A stretch of DNA of 60,602 nucleotides, the filler included, from Hausera hauseri (lineage: Eukaryota), in the NCBI GenBank assembly GCA_046269625.1. It is 10 parts of 10 records of this genome, joined end to end, with 100 filler letters (N's around TTAATTAATTAA, not from the genome) between each part and the next. Parts side by side here need not be neighbours in the genome. Positions count along the whole stretch, not along the records: positions 32,126 to 38,336 come from JBJURY010125428.1; positions 38,437 to 46,893 come from JBJURY010636552.1; 8 more parts are not named here. The stretch is one strand, 5' to 3'. A program made the translations under genes and the position numbers. Positions 36,382 to 46,993 of the stretch are shown one piece after another. How positions within the stretch are numbered: the stretch's first letter is position 1; every line of letters begins with the position of its first letter. A model generated the notes under the pieces. The model saw only the letters and a program-made list of their open reading frames with translations. It ran no database searches and was not told the origin of the DNA.

Positions 36382-38336
36382 TTGCTACCTTTTGCTAAAA
36401 TACACATCGAAGATTGGGAATTGTATGCATTAATCGACACCGGATCAGAAAAATCATTTATAAAATATGAATCTATACCAACCACGTTGCGAGACCAGTT
36501 ATGTCCACCCGCATCATCAGACCCAGGTAGCGTAGGAGCATTTGGACAAGTATCGAAGCCGAAATTTAAATGGACTCCTACCTTTTATATGATGGGTCAA
36601 GCACTTCAACACGAATTTGCAATAATGGATCAGTTAACAGACGATGTAGTACTAGGGTGCGATATATTGAAACAGATACCAGGTATGGCAATCGATGTGC
36701 ACAATGGAAAATTAATTGAACTCGAACCGATAAAAGGGGCAAAACTAATAAAAGAAAGGAAATCGGGCGAAGTATGGATTCCAGTAGATGAAGACATTCC
36801 GCCTAAGACGGAAATGATAATTTTCGCACAAATTCGACAAGATGAAGATCTGCCAGTATATTTCTAGCCTCAAGAGAATATCGATCCAAACCTCATGTTT
36901 AGTAACATTTTGTGTAGAGTAATGACGGGAAGAATACCTATCAGATTAGTAAACAATGCACCGATTCCACTAAGATTGCACGCTAATACTACTTTGGGTC
37001 ACACTTGCAGAGTATCGGCAGTGACAATAGAGGAGAAACCATACAAGTGTGCCGAATTTCCACCTTATGTTGAAACCAAATTCTCTCCCGAAGCGTATTG
37101 CAAATTTTACAAATTATTGTGTAAATTCTGCTCGATAATAGCGAAAAACAAAGAAGACATAGGTAGAGCAAAGGCTCTAAGGTTAACCATTCCATTGAGG
37201 AAGAAACCTGGCTCAAATGACGAAATCGATCTAGAAGAACAGAAAATGCTTAAATAGTATCCGCCTCCTCACTCATTGAGACCAGAAATAACTAAAGAAG
37301 TAGAGCGGACGTTGAAGGCCGACATAATTCGACCAAGTTATCGATCATGGTACTCAACCATACTGATGGTTAAAAGAAAGGAACCACAAAACATCGGTTT
37401 TGTATAAATTATGGCGCGTTAAACACGCTGATGATGAAAGACTCGTTTCCACTACCATCAGTAAAGGAGACATTAGATAGGCTATCAGGAGCAAAATCGT
37501 TCACCACTCTCGACTTACAATCGGGATACTGGCAAGTGGAAATCGAAGAAGAGAATCGTTATAAGGCAGCATTCAAAACACACAATAACGTATATGAATT
37601 TAATGTTATGCCTTTCGGAATCACCACAGGACCAGCCATTTTACTAGAATGATGAATAAGATGCTCATGGGACTTGGTCATGCATTCGCGTACTTAGACG
37701 ACGTGATGATAGCATCAAAAACAGAAGAAGAACACTTAAAGGATATTGAAAATACACTCATGAGACTGGAACAAGCAGGGTTGAAGTTAAACCCAAAGAA
37801 ATGTAAATGGGCAATGAACGCCGTATCGTACCTTGGACACATAGTAGGAGAAGGAGGATCAAAACCGGACAAATCTCTGCTAAATAAAATATCCGATTGT
37901 ATGGAACCACAGAATCAAAAAGAGTTAAGACATTGGTTAGGCCTATGTGGATATTACGCCACTTACGTACCAGATAATTCAAAAATTAACGCACCACTAT
38001 ATCACTTACTCAAAAAAGGAATTAGGTGGAGATGGACAGAAGTGGAACAAAAAAGCATTCGACGAAATGAAGAAAATTTTGAAAAGCGAACCAGTTTTAA
38101 GATACCCAGATTTTAACCTACCATTCATCATTAAAATATATGCAAGTAAAGAAGGTATAGGGTATGAATTAGCTCAGAAACGCGAAGACGAAGAACTAGA
38201 ACATCCAATAGCCTATGAGGGACGCTATTTAAAGAAGGCAGAAAAGAATTATTCAGTTACCGAATTAGAAACGCTAGCCGTTGAGGAAGCACTACGACAC
38301 TTTAATGTCTATGTTTACGGACAGAAGATTATAATA
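36382..38336 (+). pseudogene. pol: pol (aspartic protease, RT, RNase H) of copy A
   Basis: DTGS, DSFPLP, TLDLQSGYWQV, MPFG, YLDD, RH motifs. Frameshifted. Confidence 0.95.
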
Positions 38337-39172
38337 NNNNNNNNNNNNNNNNNNNNNNNNNNNNNNNNNNNNNNNNNNNNTTAATTAATTAANNNNNNNN
38401 NNNNNNNNNNNNNNNNNNNNNNNNNNNNNNNNNNNNCGATACTGTGTTTTGTGCCCATTTACATTTCTTTGGATTTAGTTTCAACCCTGCTTGTTTTAGT
38501 CGCATGAGTGTATTCTCAATGTCCTTTAAGTGTTCTTTTTGTTTTTGATGCTGTCATTACATCGTTCAAATACACGAAAACATGCTCAAGTCCCACGAGC
38601 ATCTTATTCATCATTCTAGTAAAAATAGCTGGTCCTGTGGTGATGCCAAAAGGCATAACATTAAATTCGTATACGCCATTGTGTGTTTTAAACGCTGCCT
38701 TATATTGATATTCTTCTTCGATTTCCACTTGTCAGTATCCCGATTGTAAGTCGAGAATGGTAAACCATTTCGCTCCTGATAGTCTGTCTAAAGCTTCCTT
38801 TACTGACGGTAGGGGAAACGAGTCTTTCATCATCAACGTGTTTAATGCCCGATAATCTATACAAAATCGATGTTTTGTAGTTCCTTTCTTTTTAACCATA
38901 AGTATAGGTGAATACAATAATCTGTAGCTTGGTCGAATTATATCGGCCTTTAACATTCGCTCTATCTCTTTAGTTATTTCTAGTCTCAATGAATGGGGAA
39001 GTGGGTACCATTTAGGCATTTTCTGTTCTTCTAGATCGATTTTGTCATTCGAGCTGGGTTTCTTCCTTAATGGGATTCTTAATTTCAGGGCTTTTGTTCT
39101 GCTTATGTCATCCTCATTTTGTGCGATTATTGAACAGTATTTGCATAGTAATTTGTAGAACTTGCAATACGC

Positions 39173-41575
39173 CTAAGGAGAGAATTTGGTTTTAACGTGA
39201 GGTGGGAATTCAGCGCATGTATATGGCTTTTCCTCTATTGTTACTGCCGATACTCTGCAAGTGTGACCTAAAGTAGTGTTAGCGCGTAATCTTACGGGGA
39301 TTGGTGCGTTGTTCGCTAATCTGATAGGTATTCGTCTCGTCACTACTTTACGTAGAATATTGCTAAACATAAGGTTTGGATCGATATTCTCTTGAGGCTC
39401 GAAGTATACTCGCAGATCTTCGTCCTGACGAACCTGTGCGAAAATTACCATTTCGGTTCTGGGCGAAATATCTTCATCTGCCGGAATCCATACTTTGCCC
39501 GATTTCCTTTCCTTTGTTACTTTTGTTCCTTTTGTCGGTTCGAGCTCAATTAATTTTCCGTTATGCACATCGATTGCCATGCCCGGTATTTGTTTCAATA
39601 TATCACAACCTAGTACTGCATCGTCTGTTAACTGGTCCATTATTGCGAATTCATGTTGAAGTGCTTGGCCCATCATATAAACGGTAGGAGTCCATTTAAA
39701 TTTTGGCTTCGATATTTGCCCAAATGCTCCTATGCTACCCGGATCTGATGAAAATGCTGGGCATAGTTGTTCCCGTAGTGTGGTTGGTATCGAATCGTGT
39801 TTTATAAACGATTTTTCTGATCCTGTGCCGATTAAGGCATATACTTCCCAGTCTTCAATGTATATTTTAGCCAACGGTCTGCCTTTTACTACTGTTCCAA
39901 AGCAATTCGACGCTGTCTTTGATTGTTTTGTGGTAGAGACTCTGTGTCCATTTATTGTTATCTCTGGCGACGAAATGATATCTTGCCTAAATTGTCTTAA
40001 TTCTTCGTTTAGATATAAATCGTTATTTGTCATTTCAGTCATATGGCTGTCGATGAGTGGTTCTTGGGATAGTGGACCGGAGGTCGAACACAGTTTTGGG
40101 TTTTCCCAGATCGTTGATTTTGATTCTATGTTTCGAGGTATCCTTTTTGAGTATAATATCCCGTGGTCGTCTTTTGTTAGCCCTTGGTTATTAATATTTA
40201 TTTTCCGTAATACACCATGTTGTTTTGTTCTTTCATAAGGATCTTCATAATCAATAGGCTTACGGTAGATGTCGGACTTATATAACATGACTGATCTCCG
40301 GTCGCAGTCTTCGTATATTGGTGAGGTTGGTGGCATGATAGGCAATGGCGCGTTAATCACGGAGTACATCTTGCGCATTTTCATCCTGGAACTTGCTTCT
40401 CCTCCATTAGGCTCGTAATAATCCGAATCATCCTTTTGTGTTGTTGTTTTCTTGTTTTCACGCCTATACAAAATTGAGGGTCTCCCTCGTCGTTTGCGAT
40501 TATAGTACCCGACGTGGCGTTCTACGTCATTTTTCCATCGATTTTCTTCGTAGGCCTTAAGTATTTTTCCAAAGGGTGTGATAATTGCAGTCAAAATTTT
40601 GCAGGAAAATCCTGTTAATGTGAATATTTCATATCCGTTGATAATGGCTTAGATTACTGCCTTAATTAGCTAAACTAAAAAGTAGATGGCTAGGAATCCA
40701 GATGCAGCTTGTCCGAAAATTAGAAACCTTCCCCAAATCATATGCGCTATTTCTGAAGTTACTCTTTGATAGTGATTGGCACCAAGTAATGATTCCAATT
40801 TTGCTTGAAAGCGGGTGTCATCTATTACCAATGACATGGCCCGATTCAGTTCATAAGTACTCTGTCGCGGAAATGCTAAGAATTGCCTAAAGACTTGTAT
40901 GTCCTTTGGTCTATAAATTCCTTTATTGGCTATGTCTTCGAACTTCTCTTCTGATAATTCTTTAATTATATTTGTTCCGGTTAGTTTATTATGGGCTGCA
41001 GCAGCGCCTCCATTAGGTAAGTTTATCCAGTCGGTTCCACTACGTCGGAACATGGGTTCACCTAGGCTCGTTTTGCATTCTTTCAGTATTTTTGGTTCAA
41101 TCGAGTTTGCCATTATTACCCTGGTGAGTGGCATTGCTAGTCTCGACATATTTTCATAGATGACTGGTAATTGTTGCATGCATCTTTTTTCTTCCGCGTT
41201 GATTGGCACGTTCCTTTTTTCACATTCGTAATTTAATAGGACTTCTCCAGTAACTCGTCCAAAGACACCTTCGTTCATTGGTATAATTGGTGATGCCAAT
41301 TTTGGGTTGGCATAGATTAAGGCCAGCTTGGTTCTCATGACTTCAGTATTTAATCTGCAGTCATTCATTCATGAAATAGTCATCTGGATTTTTGAGGTAA
41401 TTCTCGATCCGTATATCTTGCGTTTTCAAATCATACTTTTTTATGTTAATTTCGGTTTCTGCTACGAAATATGCTTCGTGCTTGGTGGCATACATAGCTA
41501 CATCACAGCGTGTTAACATATCCTTTCTAATAAACTTTAATCCGCGTGCATCCGATATCAATAGTATCGTATCGG
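39173..41575 (-). pseudogene. Glycoprotein C-terminal half - TM - tail - protease
   Basis: The 473-aa ORF runs without a stop from TAIITPFGKILK (end of TM region) to ALIGTGSEKSFI (protease). Confidence 0.9.
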
Positions 41576-44061
41576 CTATTGTGGGATCAAGTAACATTTG
41601 CACGTTGAATTTAGTTTTATGAGTATAAGTAGGTGACTCATAAATTTGTATTGGAGTTCTTTGACATTGCTCGTTAAACCTTGGATGTATTCATCCCACT
41701 CGGCATCATTATCCGCGTCAGGTAACTCGTAGTTCATTAGTGCTGCGTGTTCAACCTGGACTCTTTCGCGTAGTTCTCTCATTTATGGTTGCAATGTTTT
41801 CATTATGGATATCCTAAATCCATCTCCGTTCCCACAAGCTTGTTGTATAAATTTTATTAATCGGCACATTTCTTCTGGTTGTATCAAGGCTTTCTCTTGG
41901 TAGTTAATTACTTCTGCGATTCTGTCCCTTTGTCATCTTTGTATAAATTCCATTTTGTCGTTAATTTCAGATTCTGTAAGGGAATACTTGTTCTTGTAGA
42001 CTTTTGCTTCTCTCAGTAATTCGTTTAGCTCGCGTTATATTTTCTCGGAGCGTAACTGGGTTTCTTTTACCAGACTTATTCGATTTGTTAGTCGTTTGGC
42101 TACTACTTCGTCAATTTCTGCCATTTCTGTTAATAGTATGATTAATTTATGCGTTTGATTTAATACTTCAGCGTCCGGATCTATTGAGTCCATTAGCCTG
42201 CCTATGAACTTGGCCTCATCGCCTGTCAATTGAAGACCCTTTCTAATTTTTGTTAGTTCGGTGTTGCAATGTAGGACGAAGTCTGGTGTCCATTCTGCTG
42301 GATTCTGTAAGTATTGTAGTGTTTGCGCTATAGCGATCCGGTGATCGTTACATAGTTCTAATATTTCTATTTCTTGTGCTGAGATTTCCTTCAATGGTTT
42401 CTGCATTAGGCTCTGTATCCCTTCCCAATGGATGTTCGCTAAACTTCGCTGAAGATCACTTAGCTTGTTTCTTTTTCTATCATATCATATATCTTTGTTA
42501 GTGTTGTTTGATATTGATCCCTGCTCATAAATTCAAGTTCTCGGAATGATTCGAATTTCATTCGCAATTTTGCTTCATCTTCCATCGTACCCATATCTAG
42601 TAACATTTCCTCCAATTGGTCTTTCATTATAGGCTCAGCCGTAGCGAATTCTCTTAGTCCTTCATTTATTATCCCTGCTATGGAAGGTAACAAGTCTATC
42701 CACTTCTTTAGTTGTTTGGATATTGCCGGTTTGGTATAGACTATTTCGTTTAGTGTCTCAAGAGCTTATTTTAGTTCGTGACATGGCCTTCGTACAAATT
42801 CTATAATGTGTTTCACGTAGTTGAATTCTTCTTTATATTCCTCTAGTTTGAGTAGACAAGCGTGTATTATTCTCTGTGCTTCTGCTCTTTCAGGATGAAT
42901 TACACCGATTTTAAAATTATTAATTTTCATTCGTATTTCGTTTTCTCTTTCAATCCGAATTTCTAAATTTGGGTATTTTCGAGGGCTATCCTTTATCAGG
43001 CTGCACATTGCTATTAGAGGGGGAATATCAATTGGGTCTATACCCAATATCTTTAGGTCGGCTTTAGTCAGTTCATATACTGGCTTGCTATGCAGATAAG
43101 AAGTTATCACTTCTTCGATCTCATATATCAATCTTTCTAAATTACGCCTTACGCGTTTCAATTTTGGGTCAATTTTTAGTGCGTTTAATGATCCTTGTGC
43201 TTGATAAACTTGCTCGAGAAACGGCTTGTTTCTATTCCACCATATTTTCGTAAAGTTGACTCCACTCTTTGTCCGCAGTTCTAATTTATTTTGCCAATTT
43301 TCTATCCAGTCTTGAGGCGTTTCTTGCAGTTCGTAAGGTGTGTTTTCTTCCTTTTTCTGAGAACCGGGTTTAAGCTTTTATATAGCTTTTCTATAAATTG
43401 TTGTTCTTTTTCAGGGATATGCAACTGTTTGCTCATCTTCTGGAGTTTTGTTAAGCTGTCCTGTAGCCTTTCGGGATCATTCAGTGCGTCTGTTATTTTG
43501 GTTAGTTCGCTAGCATTTTTCCAATATTTTATAATTTTCCTAAATTTAATAGATTTTTCCTCTACTGATTCCTCTTCACTAGGTGGTAATGGACATATTT
43601 TGTTAATTTCATCGATATTCGAAATATTTGTTGTTTCCGGAAAGTCTTGGGTTATTACAGGGGTATTTAACTTCGTTTTATTTCTTAAAGTGATGGTAAA
43701 GTCTTCCTAAGTGAAGGGCTTCTACCTTTATTCTTAGTTATCTTGAGTACTAATGGCCCAATGAATTTACTCTCAACCTCGTCTGTTGTTTTATCCTTAT
43801 TTTGAGACACGACTTCGGTATCTGCGTCCAAGTCTACACTTAAAGACGTAGTCGGCTTTTCTTCTTCCGCTGCTCGATTTAGGTTTCTCTTCCTGGCCAT
43901 GTTAGTATTCTTAGGTTCTATAGCTTTTTCGTACTCCGTTTTCGGCTCTCTTAACCCATGATAAACTTCCATTTGCTGCAGCTTTTCTTTGTATTCCTTC
44001 CTGGCCTTAATTATTGTGGATTATTAGATTCGCCGATATTTTTTACATACCTTTGTAAGTC

Positions 44062-45350
44062 CTACATCTCGATAATCGTAGTCATATCACCTCGTTTTCC
44101 ATAAATTCCTTCCAAATTATCTTTTATCGTGCTAGTTTTACTAGTCTGTGAAAATGATACACTTCGTGGATTAGGGCATGATCTAGCTATATGTCCTTCC
44201 TTACCACATAAGTAACAAATAAGGTTTCCATCTTGGCCGATCCTTTGTCGTCCGTCTTCATTCACTGGTGATTGGGATCTACCTATTGTTTTGCTTTGAG
44301 CTTGCTTGTCGATACCGTTATTTCTATTTTCGAAACTCCAATTATCTGTATATCGGTTCTTATTGCTTCGGTCATTATTTTGGTTTCTATCCGAAGTATA
44401 GCCTGTTTTGTTATAAGTATTGTATGTGTTTCGATTATCACTAAAGTTCCTATTGTCATATCTCGTGCTGCGATTAGAGGCATTTTGAGCTCTATTCTCA
44501 TAGTCTCGGTCCTTATTATTATCGTTGAATCTTTTATTGTTTCGGTTCCTATCCCGATTATCGCGATCATTATTTCGGTCTTATCTATTGCTCTGCCTAG
44601 CGTATCTATCTAGTGCCATTTCTAAGTTCTGAGCTAATTGTAATGACGTCTCAAAATTGTCTGGTCGAGCTAAAATTAGTTGCTTAACTAAATCTGTGGA
44701 CCATATACCGTTTATTAAATGAGTTGTCATCATGACATCTAAATCTGGCGGACTCGCCTTTTCTGTCGCTTTGCGTTCTGCGTCTGTCTTTGCCTTCGCA
44801 GCATTAGCTATCCTTAGCGTACTCACGTAACTATTATCAAGTTTCTTTAGTGCGAATGCGAATTGAGTAACCGACTCGCCTTTTATTGCGTTCTATTCTG
44901 AAAGACCATAAGCTTTTGTTCTGGCGTAACTGTCGGCAATAGTTTACGATTTAGGGCTCCTACTACACAGGATAATGATTTCTTCTCATCATTAGTGAGT
45001 TCACTATAGGCGTCTGCGTTTAGATTTTTCAAGTATAAAGACAATCGTTTAATCATAACTTCGGGCGCAAGATTAGCACCTTCTGCAATCAACTTGTAGG
45101 TTCGTAAAATGTCATTTAGCCAGTCCGGGTCACCATTATATGCCGGTAAGTTCAAGGAATCGAACGTACATATATCGAGTTTTTGAGCTACGGCTGGGTT
45201 TTCTGTTAGTTTAGTGTCGGATAAACAGTGATTGTCTATTATCTTATCTTTAGTATAAAGTTTATTTCGTGTCTCTCTTCGATTAAATTTCTGTTGGCCG
45301 TTTACTAATAAGTTTTGATTTGAGTTGAACCTATCAACGTTGGCTCTCAA
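44062..45350 (-). pseudogene. gag: gag: capsid-like region, R/D/N-rich linker, CCHC zinc knuckle
   Basis: LPAYNGDP...LSLYLK...FQNRTQ..GESVTQFA; CYLCGKEGHIARSC at 44176-44217. Confidence 0.9.
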
Positions 45351-45500
45351 ATTAGTTTTTACTTAATTCCCTCTATCGACTTATGATCCCAATTTTAAAT
45401 TCTCGGCTTTTACTATATCAATTACTTGATGTAAATGACGCTATTCGCCGGTATGTCGTTAATTAGCTTCTCAACAGTAAAGTCTAGCGAGGTACAAACT

Positions 45501-45518
45501 GTCCTGCTAGGGTCGCCA
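45501..45518 (-). promoter_or_regulatory. Primer-binding site (tRNA-Arg type)
   Basis: TGGCGACCCTAGCAGGAC, 2 nt after the LTR end ...TATAACA. Confidence 0.85.
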
Positions 45519-45520
45519 AA

Positions 45521-45813
45521 TGTTATAGTTAGGGTGGCCCTTTTCGTCTCCCACTATAACAATATTAAACTCACGTTAAACCTTGTCGTATGCAGATTAG
45601 GACTATTCGTTCTCGAATAGTCGATTTGTACCTTAGAATTTTAGAAACTTTTATCGAAGTAACGGAAATTGCTTGTACTGCTTGTAAAAAAAATTACGTG
45701 ATGTAATTTACAATCTCTAGTCTTACTTATATAGTTTAAGTAAAGATTTTTACCTTAGGGTAGTACAAATCGTCTTTAAGAGACGATGGAAATCTATATG
45801 AGAATTTATAACA
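45521..45813 (-). repeat. 293-bp 5' LTR of copy B
   Basis: Perfect 7-bp inverted termini TGTTATA...TATAACA; TATATAA at ~45730; followed by the PBS. Confidence 0.75.
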
Positions 45814-46270
45814 ACAAATAATATTAATCTTTATTGAATACACGATCACGTACGGAAATAAATAGAAGTCAATAGTCTTTAGAGCTGTATGGCAATAGCA
45901 ATTTGAACTGGTTATAATGATATCAACGAAGTCTAGCTTGAACGACTCTAAGTCGGTTCACTTGAATGATACTAAAACAATGCCTCTCTATTCTCTGATC
46001 AAGCATGTTTATATAGTAGTGTTTCTCGTCGTATGAAAAATTTTCTAAATTTATCTTGGCATTTTCTGATTTCACATCGAATTATTTACATTTAAATTAT
46101 TTATCTATTATATACATGATTTCAACTTGCGCACAGCAATATTTGTTATATTTCTAAAATTAGTTAAATGACAAATTTATGTCTGGAATTCGATTTGTAA
46201 TAATTCTGAATATATTCCAATGACGAAGTATTGTGGTCCACTTGTTACATATGTTAAATTTCTCCTCCCT
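45814..46270 (-). mobile_element. PPT and interrupted 3' LTR of a RING-bearing element
   Basis: AGGGAGGAGAAA (46270-46259), then TTTAACATATGTAAC; TATATAAA at ~46010; AATAAA at ~45833. Confidence 0.65.
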
Positions 46271-46893
46271 GAGCGGCATCCTTGAAGGAGCCTATTGCCT
46301 CAGAAGAAGTGGCGTCTAAATGTCTGGGTTGTCTCAATTGATTCATTCTTTCTCGTAGGTCAGTATGAGAGTTTGATCTACCTTGGGTGGTTGATGGACT
46401 CATCTCCAGATTATAACTATGGTAAGGCTGGATTCGGACGATTCGTGTATAATTTTCGTTGGAGTAGTATTTTAATTCAGTAGCCTCTGCCCGACATAAT
46501 GGGCATGTCGTCTTCCCATTGTCGAGTGTCCATTTTTCCAGACAATCCCGGCAATATTTATGGCTGCAATTTTTGTTGTCTAAAACTACATAGCCTTGTC
46601 CTAGGCTTGCGTTGCATACAGGGCATTCACTATCTTCCTTATCTCAGTCGTTCCTATCCAAATCCACTTGGATTATTAACTCGATGGATTCAAATACAAG
46701 ACCATCTTCGTCTTTATATAGGTACCCGTGTATTACCTTTTGTTTGCGGTTAATGGCGCTCTTTCATGGGTCGCAATTTACTTGGATCAAGGTCCAATCC
46801 GCTAGAAAGTCTTTATCCAGGTATGGAATTGTCCCCTCTATTTTATTTTTTTGGTATTGTTTCTTTAGCAATATTCGAATTTGTTTGTCCATG
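46254..46893 (-). pseudogene. Retroelement 3' reading frame with a C3HC4 RING finger (not in the ORF track)
   Basis: 46625-46494 encodes CPVCNASLGQGYVVLDNKNCSHKYCRDCLEKWTLDNGKTTCPLC. The frame ends QGGEI* across the PPT. Two TGA stops lie upstream. Confidence 0.85.
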
Positions 46894-46993
46894 NNNNNNN
46901 NNNNNNNNNNNNNNNNNNNNNNNNNNNNNNNNNNNNNTTAATTAATTAANNNNNNNNNNNNNNNNNNNNNNNNNNNNNNNNNNNNNNNNNNNN

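Larger units (their letters stand above)
32126..38336 (+). mobile_element. Ty3/Gypsy element copy A: helical region - Ubl - AT-hook - glycoprotein - PR - RT - RNase H
   Basis: ORFs starting at 32523, 33015, 35109, 35499, 35847 and 36087 share one frame. ALIDTGS at 36436, AYLDD, NYSVTELETLAV. Confidence 0.95.
38437..45813 (-). mobile_element. Ty3/Gypsy element copy B (same family as A): 5' LTR, PBS, gag, helical region, internally deleted glycoprotein, PR, RT
   Basis: Protein segments closely parallel copy A. ORFs ending at 41368, 40594, 39019 and 38728 share one frame. Confidence 0.95.

Noticed and set aside
32523-37260. Programmed readthrough or an alternative genetic code explaining in-frame stops
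   Set aside because: Stops differ between sister copies and replace varied sense codons (AGA, CGG, AAA, GAG, TGG), consistent with neutral decay.
44272-44613. Hydrophobic Ile-rich ORFs that look like membrane proteins
   Set aside because: Alternative-frame and antisense shadows of the R/D/N-rich Gag linker.
32126-45813. Apparent large inverted repeat formed by copies A and B
   Set aside because: Separate contigs joined by a spacer; their relative orientation is arbitrary.
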